Source of the DNA: Candidatus Caccalectryoclostridium excrementigallinarum
Lineage (GTDB): Bacteria > Bacillota > Clostridia > Christensenellales > UBA3700
Assembly: GCA_018714485.1 (NCBI GenBank)
Contig: DVNJ01000031.1
Location: 61,078 to 125,077, forward strand
Reading direction: 5' to 3'
DNA length: 64,000 nucleotides
Below, piece by piece: positions 26,770 through 34,243 of this stretch (position 1 is its first letter; each line of letters starts with the position of its first letter). The notes under the pieces were generated by a model. It was not told the DNA's origin, did not search any database, and worked only from the letters and a program-made list of their open reading frames with translations. The position numbers and the translations under genes are program-made.

Positions 26770-27143
26770 GCCGTCACCGCTAAGATGAGATACATCACCG
26801 CGCCGCCTATCACGCCGCCGAACAAGCCCGCGATCGCCGCGATCACCGCGGTGCGCACGCGCTGCCAGAGCGACCCTTTCGCCGCTCCCGAAAGCTCTTC
26901 GTTGGGCGGAGCGCTCTCCTGCGCGCGGGACGCGGCGGCTCCCGCCGCCCTGCCGCTCGAGGTCACGCAGAGGCAGATCTCGCCCTCGTCCATATATTTT
27001 ATGACCGCGTATCCGCTCGTTTTCAATATTTCGAGCGCGCTCGGAAGATCTTCGCAGACGGCGGCAAGTTCGCCGACGTCAAAGACCTTGAACTTGTCGC
27101 CCGAAGTTTTTTCGCAGAGATATTCCAGCAGCGCCCGCTCCAT
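26766..27143 (-). CDS. Hypothetical tail-anchored protein (same architecture as 26407..26769)
   Basis: 125 aa. N-domain is ALEILKTSGYAVIKYMDEGEICLCVTSSG, followed by an Ala/Ser-rich linker and the C-terminal helix VIAAIAGLFGGVIGGAVMYLILAV. GGAGAG RBS. Confidence 0.55.
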   Translation of the reverse strand: MERALLEYLCEKTSGDKFKVFDVGELAAVCEDLPSALEILKTSGYAVIKYMDEGEICLCVTSSGRAAGAAASRAQESAPPNEELSGAAKGSLWQRVRTAVIAAIAGLFGGVIGGAVMYLILAVTA

Positions 27144-28418
27144 TTATCTCTCCACTCTGATCACGTTTTCCACGCTTATCACGTTGGACAGGCGGGAGAT
27201 CTCCTCGACCGACTTGGTCATGGCTTTTTCCGTCGTCAGATGAGTGATGAAGACGATGGGGATCACCTCTTTTCCCTCGTCCTGTCTCATCTGCGCGATC
27301 GAGACCTTGTGCTTTTTGAACACGTTGGCGATGTCCGCGACCACGCCGGGGACGTCGTGCACGTTGAGGCGCAGATAATAGCGCGAGGAGAAATCGGAGA
27401 TTATGTCCTTTTCCGTCATGCTGTTGTTCATCTCGCCGTAACGGGCGTGCTCGATCTGGCGCGCGCAATAGACGATGTCGGAAACGATCGCGCTGCCCGT
27501 GGGCAGATCGCCCGCTCCCCTGCCGTAAAGCATGATGTCGCCCACCGCGTCACCCACGAGAAACACGCCGTTGAAGGAGCCGTTCACGCTGGCGAGCGGA
27601 TGATCCTTGGGCAAAAAGACGGGATGGACGCGCGCTTCTATCTTGCCGTCCGCGCCGTTTTTGGCGATGGCGAGCAGCTTGATGACATAGCCGAGCTTGT
27701 CCGCCAAAGCTATGTCCGTGGAAGTGATATGCGTGATGCCTTCGCGGAAAATGAGGTCGACGGGGACGCGCTTGTTGAAAGCAAGGCTCGCAAGAATGCT
27801 CAGCTTGTAACTCGAATCGTATCCCTCGACGTCCGCCACGGGATTTGCCTCGGCATATCCCAGCGCCTGCGCGTCTTTGAGTATCTCGCCGTAATCGAGA
27901 CCCTCCTGCGCCATGCGCGTGAGGATATAGTTGGTCGTACCGTTTATTATCGCCTTGATCTCCAAGATCCTGTTCGCCTGCATAGCCGCGGTCATGACTC
28001 TGATGATGGGCATGCCGCCGCCCGTGGTCGCTTCGTAATAAAGTCCCGCGCCCGTGGGAGCCGCCGCCGCTTCGAGTTCGGGCCAGCTCTTGGCGAACAT
28101 TTCCTTGTTCGAAGTGACGATGCTCTTACCCGCCGCGAGCGCCTTGATCAAAAAGCTCTTCGCGGGTTCGACGCCGCCCATGCATTCGACCACGATGTCG
28201 ACGTTGTCGTTTGCCGCTATCTCGTCGATCGAGCTTGCAAGCAGCGAAAGATCCGCGCCCGCATCGGTAACGCGGGAAGGGACCTTGTCCAGCACGGCGA
28301 CGACTTCCACGTCCACGCCGTATTCATCCATTATCGCCTGTCTTCTTTCTTTGAGTATTTTGTAAGTACCGCCGCCAACGACGCCCATTCCCAAAATTGC
28401 TACTCCGGCTCTTTTCAT
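27144..28418 (-). CDS. hom: Homoserine dehydrogenase with C-terminal ACT domain
   Basis: 424 aa. VAILGMGVVGGG NAD-binding motif, a central catalytic domain and an ACT-like C-terminus (YYLRLNVHDVPGVVADI). Confidence 0.9.
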   Translation of the reverse strand: MKRAGVAILGMGVVGGGTYKILKERRQAIMDEYGVDVEVVAVLDKVPSRVTDAGADLSLLASSIDEIAANDNVDIVVECMGGVEPAKSFLIKALAAGKSIVTSNKEMFAKSWPELEAAAAPTGAGLYYEATTGGGMPIIRVMTAAMQANRILEIKAIINGTTNYILTRMAQEGLDYGEILKDAQALGYAEANPVADVEGYDSSYKLSILASLAFNKRVPVDLIFREGITHITSTDIALADKLGYVIKLLAIAKNGADGKIEARVHPVFLPKDHPLASVNGSFNGVFLVGDAVGDIMLYGRGAGDLPTGSAIVSDIVYCARQIEHARYGEMNNSMTEKDIISDFSSRYYLRLNVHDVPGVVADIANVFKKHKVSIAQMRQDEGKEVIPIVFITHLTTEKAMTKSVEEISRLSNVISVENVIRVER

Positions 28419-28421
28419 ATC

Positions 28422-29207
28422 TTACTCCTTTGTCTGTTTGGTATTCATATCGTATATTATCTTCAATCCCTTCAAGGTGAGAGATCTGTCCACAATGTCG
28501 ATTATCTTCTCTTCGGGCACGGAGCGCACGAGTTCGCTCAAACCGCCCGTCGCCACGACTTTGACATCCTTTTCGCCGCATTCTTTCTTCATGCGCGCGA
28601 GTATATACTGCACAAGCCCCGTATAACCGTAAATAAGCCCCGCCTGCATATTATTGCCCGTGTTGCGGCAGATTATAGTTTCGGGCTTTATCAGCTCTAT
28701 CTTGGGCAGGCGCGCCGTATGCTCGACGAGGCTGTCGAGGCTCGTCTTGATCCCGGGCGCGATACAGCCGCCCATGAACTCCCCTTCCGCCGTCACATAG
28801 TTGAACGTGGTCGCCGTGCCGAAATCCACGACGATACAAGGTCCCTTATAGAGCTTGTAAGCCGCCACGCAGTTGACTATCCTGTCCGCGCCCACTTCCT
28901 GCGGGTTGGTATATTTTATCTTCAAGCCCGTCTTTATGCCCACGCTCACGGTTATCGGCTTGAAACCGAAATAATATTGGCAGGCGTGCTCCATGGTGTA
29001 ATTGAGGTCGGGCTGAACGGAAGACATGATGATGCCGCTTATGCGCGAGATGTCTTCTATCTCGTTCATGAGCAGCATTTTCAGCTCCGCGCCTATCTCG
29101 TCGGCGGTGCGCAGCGTGACGGAAAAACGCCATGCGTGCACCAGCTCGTCCTTGTTGAACAAGCCGACTTTGATATTCGTATTGCCTATGTCTATCGCAA
29201 GTATCAT
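28422..29207 (-). CDS. coaX: Type III pantothenate kinase
   Basis: 261 aa. MILAIDIGNTNIKVGLF and the ASKHA-fold motifs VDFGTATT and ATGGLS. Confidence 0.92.
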   Translation of the reverse strand: MILAIDIGNTNIKVGLFNKDELVHAWRFSVTLRTADEIGAELKMLLMNEIEDISRISGIIMSSVQPDLNYTMEHACQYYFGFKPITVSVGIKTGLKIKYTNPQEVGADRIVNCVAAYKLYKGPCIVVDFGTATTFNYVTAEGEFMGGCIAPGIKTSLDSLVEHTARLPKIELIKPETIICRNTGNNMQAGLIYGYTGLVQYILARMKKECGEKDVKVVATGGLSELVRSVPEEKIIDIVDRSLTLKGLKIIYDMNTKQTKE

Positions 29208-29872
29208 CTTCTTTTCCTGCCTTCGCGCCCGTATCCCGCCTTATTGAGCGCCGCCACTATCGGCGGCACGAGGATCGTGAACGCCGCGACCTCTATGCTC
29301 GCATTGACCGCGAGCGTCACCTGAAAGAACTGCGGCAGGATCGCGCTGCTTATCGGCATGTCGCCCACGATATAGCAAAGCCAGATCATCAGGCAGACAA
29401 GCCCCGTGTTCGTCACCGTACCGATAAAAGCGGTAAGGCTCGCAACTCCGTATGCCGCCGCGCTCTTCTTGCGCGCAAGTTTTTTGTATTCCTCTCCGCC
29501 CTTTTCGCATTGCGCCATGGGCGCGTCGAAGCGCTTTTGCACTATCTTCATCAAGCCGTTGAAAGAAAGATAGGACACGACTCCGACCATGAGGCGGGGC
29601 GGGATCGCCACGAGCGGGTTTTGGAACACGGGCGCGGTCAGCGTTCCCGCGCGCACCGTGTAAGCCGCGGTGAACATTCCCAGCGCCATCACTGTCGTGA
29701 GGAACGCCGTAACTCCCCTTTTGCGCATCATCGCCGCCACGAACACGGGCACGAGGCAGAACGCCAAGCTCGCGCCGGCAATGGGCGGTATGGGCGCAAA
29801 GACGAACACGAGTTCGAGCGCCGTAAGCACCGCGGTCAACGCTATCGTCGCCGCCGAAATTTTAATTTTCAT
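29204..29872 (-). CDS. ECF-transporter S-component-like membrane protein (substrate unknown; PanT-like by context only)
   Basis: 222 aa, about 6 TM. General S-component layout. ATGA overlap with coaX. Confidence 0.5.
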   Translation of the reverse strand: MKIKISAATIALTAVLTALELVFVFAPIPPIAGASLAFCLVPVFVAAMMRKRGVTAFLTTVMALGMFTAAYTVRAGTLTAPVFQNPLVAIPPRLMVGVVSYLSFNGLMKIVQKRFDAPMAQCEKGGEEYKKLARKKSAAAYGVASLTAFIGTVTNTGLVCLMIWLCYIVGDMPISSAILPQFFQVTLAVNASIEVAAFTILVPPIVAALNKAGYGREGRKRR

Positions 29873-29980
29873 CGCTCTCTCCGATTAGGCTCGCAAGGAT
29901 ACCTATCTAAGACTTTATTGCACCGCGAACTCTTCGCCGTGCGGTCGTCGTACCGCCGACGGCATTCGCCGTACCGTTAA
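29873..29980 (-). promoter_or_regulatory. Structured ~105-nt 5' leader of the S-component/coaX operon (candidate cis-regulatory RNA, class unknown)
   Basis: The leader contains hairpins ACGGC-gaat-GCCGT and GCAC-g-GCGAA-gag-TTCGC-g-GTGC, plus a direct repeat CGGTACG x2. No terminator T-run. GGAGAGAG RBS at the 3' end. Confidence 0.3.
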
Positions 29981-30009
29981 ATTATAACAAATGCGCGCGC
30001 ATTTTACAA
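29981..30009 (-). promoter_or_regulatory. Sigma-A type promoter
   Basis: Minus strand TTGTAA-17 nt-TATAAT. Confidence 0.6.
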
Positions 30010-30101
30010 GCAATTAAAGCGCAAAAGACGCCGAGCCCGATTTACCCGCAAAAGGCTCGTCTTGCCCGCATTCGACGCGCGGGCGCCGAGGAGAGAAAAC
30101 C

Positions 30102-30407
30102 TTAAGCGGAATGCTTTTTCTTTTTGAGTGAAATTTTACGCGGATACCCTTCTTTGAGGCAGCCGTTTTCGTCGAAAGCGCCTATGCGGCGATAGTAGAA
30201 ATAGATAGCGGCGTCCCACGTCAGCCCGACGGCGGCGAAAGGGAGCGCGAAACAGAGAAAATACCACCCGACAAGATCGGTAAAGACGAACTGCGCGCAA
30301 AGCCACATGATGAAAAGGAGCGGAAAGACTGTCATCACCCAAAGGCGATAAGAAAGCGGCTTACCGTCATAGCTTATCATCCAGGTGAAAAAGTTGAATT
30401 TTCTCAT
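30102..30407 (-). CDS. Hypothetical 101-aa two-TM membrane protein, probably leaderless
   Basis: Start moved to MRKFNFF (30407). A perfect TTGACA-17-TATAAT promoter and the terminator of the upstream micro-ORF lie inside the 5' extension given in the track. Confidence 0.6.
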   Translation of the reverse strand: MRKFNFFTWMISYDGKPLSYRLWVMTVFPLLFIMWLCAQFVFTDLVGWYFLCFALPFAAVGLTWDAAIYFYYRRIGAFDENGCLKEGYPRKISLKKKKHSA

Positions 30408-30413
30408 GCTTTG

Positions 30414-30442
30414 ATTATAGCGCGGCAAGAGATTTTTGTCAA
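30414..30442 (-). promoter_or_regulatory. Perfect consensus sigma-A promoter ending 6 nt before ATG 30407
   Basis: Minus strand TTGACA (30442..30437)-17 nt-TATAAT (30419..30414)-caaagc-ATG. Confidence 0.7.
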
Positions 30443-30450
30443 TGAAAGCG

Positions 30451-30481
30451 TAAATAAAAATCAGCCCCGCCGCGGCGGGGC
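30451..30481 (-). terminator. Rho-independent terminator of the Cys-rich micro-ORF
   Basis: Minus strand GCCCCGCC-GC-GGCGGGGC followed by tgaTTTTTATTT. Confidence 0.65.
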
Positions 30482-30540
30482 CGAGTGCGCGCAGATCCCC
30501 CAACGGAGCGCGCCCTATGATGTACTTTCCCGCTCTGAAC

Positions 30541-30705
30541 TCAGTTGCAGGAATTGCCGCAGCCGCCGCAGCAGCTGAGCGCGACGAGCACGGGGATTAT
30601 GTTGCAGTTGCAGCTGCCGCCGCAGTTGTTGCCCAGACCGCCGCAGCACATGAGCAAGAGAATGAGCCACAAGCAGTCGCAGCCGCCGAAATCGAAATTA
30701 TTCAT
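30541..30705 (-). CDS. 54-aa cysteine/glycine-rich hydrophobic micro-protein (not in the ORF track)
   Basis: My translation is MNNFDFGGCDCLWLILLLMCCGGLGNNCGGSCNCNIIPVLVALSCCGGCGNSCN, then TGA. GGAGG lies 6 nt upstream of the ATG. It has a dedicated terminator downstream and uniform GC3-rich codons (all Cys are TGC; Gly are GGC/GGT). Confidence 0.6.
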   Translation of the reverse strand: MNNFDFGGCDCLWLILLLMCCGGLGNNCGGSCNCNIIPVLVALSCCGGCGNSCN

Positions 30706-30785
30706 GTTTCGCCTCCATATTTTTGACGGATTTCCGCCTTTCCTAATTCACAATACGCAAAATGACTTAAAAGTGTTACCGTCGA

Positions 30786-30814
30786 TTGACAAACGCGCGC
30801 GAGGGCGTTATAAT
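30786..30814 (+). promoter_or_regulatory. Perfect consensus sigma-A promoter for glyQS
   Basis: TTGACA (30786..30791)-17 nt-TATAAT (30809..30814). 32-nt leader with a GGAG RBS. Confidence 0.7.
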
Positions 30815-30846
30815 AGCAGGGAATCATTTTAACAACGGAGCGTGTT

Positions 30847-32232
30847 ATGGCACAACTGACAATGGACAAATTGGTCGCCCTTTGCAAAGGCAGGGGCTTT
30901 ATTTATCCCGGCAGCGAAATTTACGGCGGTCTCGCCAACACCTGGGACTACGGTCCTCTCGGCGTCGAGCTGAAAAACAACGTAAAGCGCGCCTGGTGGA
31001 AAAAATTCGTGCAGGAAAATACTCTCAACACGGGTATCGACTGCGCCATTTTGATGAATCCCAACGTTTGGGTCGCGAGCGGTCACGTCGGCGGATTCAG
31101 TGATCCGCTCATGGATTGCAGAGCCTGCAAGTCCCGTCACCGCGCGGATAATCTCATCGAAGATTATATGAAAAAGCATCATTGCGAAGAGAGCATCGCC
31201 GGCTGGGACAACGCCAAAATGGAAAATTATATCCGTGAAAAGCAGATCCCCTGCCCCGTTTGCGGCAAGAGCGACTTCACGGGCGTGAGGCAGTTCAACC
31301 TGATGTTCAAGACTTTCCAGGGCGTCACGGAAGACAGCGTCAGTACCCTTTATCTGCGTCCCGAGACCGCACAGGGCATTTTCGTCAACTTCCTCAACGT
31401 CCAACGCACGTCGCGCATGAAGGTGCCCTTCGGCATAGCTCAGGTGGGCAAGAGCTTCAGAAACGAGATCACTCCCGGCAACTTCATCTTCCGCGTGAGA
31501 GAATTCGAACAGATGGAGCTGGAATTCTTCTGCAAGCCCGGCACCGACCTCGAATGGTTCGCCTATTGGAAAGAGTTCTGCAAAAATTGGCTGCTCGGCT
31601 TGGGTATCAAGGAAGAAAACCTCAAACTGCGCGACCACGATCCCGAAGAACTCGCCTTTTATTCCAACGCCACGACCGACTTCGAATTCAAGTTCCCCTT
31701 CGGTTGGGGCGAACTCTGGGGCGTCGCGGACAGGACGGATTACGACCTCAAAGCGCACATGAAAGTGAGCGGCAAATCGCTCGAATACACCGATCCCAAC
31801 ACGGGAGAAAAATATGTCCCTTATGTCATCGAACCCTCGCTCGGCGTGGAAAGAATGGTCCTCGCCATTCTCTGCAACGCCTACGAAGAGGAAGAGACGG
31901 ATTCGGAAACGCGCGTCGTGCTCAAACTTCATCACGCGCTCGCTCCTTATAAGGTCGCAGTTTTGCCCTTGCAGAAAAAAGCTCTCGGCGAAAAGTCGGA
32001 AGAGATCTACCGCACTCTCTGCAAGGAATTCTCCTGCACCTATGACGAAGCAGGCTCTATCGGCAAGCGTTACAGAAGACAGGACGAGATAGGCACTCCC
32101 TATTGCGTGACGGTGGACTTCGAAACGCTCGACAACGGCACTGTCACCGTGCGCGAACGCGACTCCATGGCGCAGATAAGGCTCCCCATCGAACGCCTTG
32201 TCGATTACTTCAAGGAAAACTTGGCATACTAA
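30847..32232 (+). CDS. glyQS: Glycine--tRNA ligase (homodimeric class II, GlyQS type)
   Basis: 461 aa. [45 protein letters not shown] plus class II motifs and an anticodon-binding C-domain. Confidence 0.95.
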   Translation: MAQLTMDKLVALCKGRGFIYPGSEIYGGLANTWDYGPLGVELKNNVKRAWWKKFVQENTLNTGIDCAILMNPNVWVASGHVGGFSDPLMDCRACKSRHRADNLIEDYMKKHHCEESIAGWDNAKMENYIREKQIPCPVCGKSDFTGVRQFNLMFKTFQGVTEDSVSTLYLRPETAQGIFVNFLNVQRTSRMKVPFGIAQVGKSFRNEITPGNFIFRVREFEQMELEFFCKPGTDLEWFAYWKEFCKNWLLGLGIKEENLKLRDHDPEELAFYSNATTDFEFKFPFGWGELWGVADRTDYDLKAHMKVSGKSLEYTDPNTGEKYVPYVIEPSLGVERMVLAILCNAYEEEETDSETRVVLKLHHALAPYKVAVLPLQKKALGEKSEEIYRTLCKEFSCTYDEAGSIGKRYRRQDEIGTPYCVTVDFETLDNGTVTVRERDSMAQIRLPIERLVDYFKENLAY

Positions 32233-32237
32233 AACGC

Positions 32238-32266
32238 TCGCGCCGCATAAAGCGGCGCGATTTTTT
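32238..32266 (+). terminator. Rho-independent terminator of glyQS
   Basis: TCGCGCCGC-ataaa-GCGGCGCGA followed by TTTTTT. Confidence 0.8.
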
Positions 32267-32276
32267 AACACGTTAA

Positions 32277-32390
32277 GTGCATAAAGCATACATAATATTT
32301 TACGCTCTTTTTTCGGCGTGATTCAACACTTTTTCGACTTATATGATATTTTTTGACAATATAGTGCAAAAAGCATACATAATATTTTAC
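32277..32390. repeat. Two copies of a 27-nt direct repeat (GTGCA[T/A]AAAGCATACATAATATTTTAC), 87 nt apart
   Basis: Copies at 32277..32303 and 32364..32390 differ at one position. Each is preceded by a -35-like hexamer (TTAACA / TTGACA at 32353..32358). Confidence 0.7.
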
Positions 32391-32438
32391 CGCCCGACAA
32401 TTCAGCGAGAACAAGCACGATCACGGGATCGGACAAAG

Positions 32439-32491
32439 CAGATCTCGCTAAAAAGCAGATCACGCTAAAAAGCAAATCTCACGCTCGCAAG
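32439..32491. repeat. Short tandem repeat CAGATC(T/A)CGCTAAAAAG x2 plus a degenerate third unit
   Basis: Units at 32439..32455 and 32456..32472 (17 nt each, 1 mismatch), then 32473..32491 (CAAATCTCACGCTCGCAAG). Confidence 0.7.
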
Positions 32492-32533
32492 CAAAACAAC
32501 TATCTGAAATTGGATATACATAAAAAGAGCATC

Positions 32534-32560
32534 AAAAAAGCGGCTCGATGAGCCGCTTTT
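32534..32560. terminator. Bidirectional-looking terminator hairpin after guaB
   Basis: AAAAAA-GCGGCT-cgatg-AGCCGC-TTTT. Confidence 0.7.
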
Positions 32561-32573
32561 ACTTTCCGAATGC

Positions 32574-34091
<1,518 letters not shown>

Positions 34092-34184
34092 TCAAACACA
34101 TTGCGCCATTTTGCCGCATAAAGCGAGCAATTTTGCGACAAAAGAATGTTTTAATAATATATTTTATTTTATGCGTGCGTAAGA

Positions 34185-34213
34185 TTGAAAAATTTCGGCG
34201 CATTTGTTATACT
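34185..34213 (+). promoter_or_regulatory. Sigma-A type promoter for the GH3 gene
   Basis: TTGAAA (34185..34190)-17 nt-TATACT (34208..34213). Confidence 0.55.
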
Positions 34214-34243
34214 ATATTGAACGAACTTTTATCGGAGAGAAAA

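Noticed and set aside
21175-29324. Long + strand ORFs opposite uvrA, uvrB, hom and coaX (397, 445, 693 and 694 aa)
   Set aside because: They lie antisense to textbook-quality genes and have Arg/His/Leu-rich composition with no motifs.
30541-30705. Idea that the Cys-rich peptide is a RiPP/bacteriocin precursor with a double-glycine leader (MNNFDFGG)
   Set aside because: The putative leader is only 8 residues long. No modification enzyme, C39-peptidase ABC exporter or immunity gene is adjacent. The idea stays a remote possibility only.
30517-30832. The + strand ORFs of 69 aa (poly-Ala: AAAAAAAAERDEHGDYVAVAAAAAVVAQTAAA) and 95 aa
   Set aside because: They are the reverse-complement reading of the TGC/GGC-rich micro-ORF. 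They have no RBS, and the 95-aa ORF runs through the glyQS promoter. The minus-strand ORF has both an RBS and a terminator.
30829-32289. 486-aa minus-strand ORF opposite glyQS
   Set aside because: Antisense shadow of a clearly identified aminoacyl-tRNA synthetase gene.
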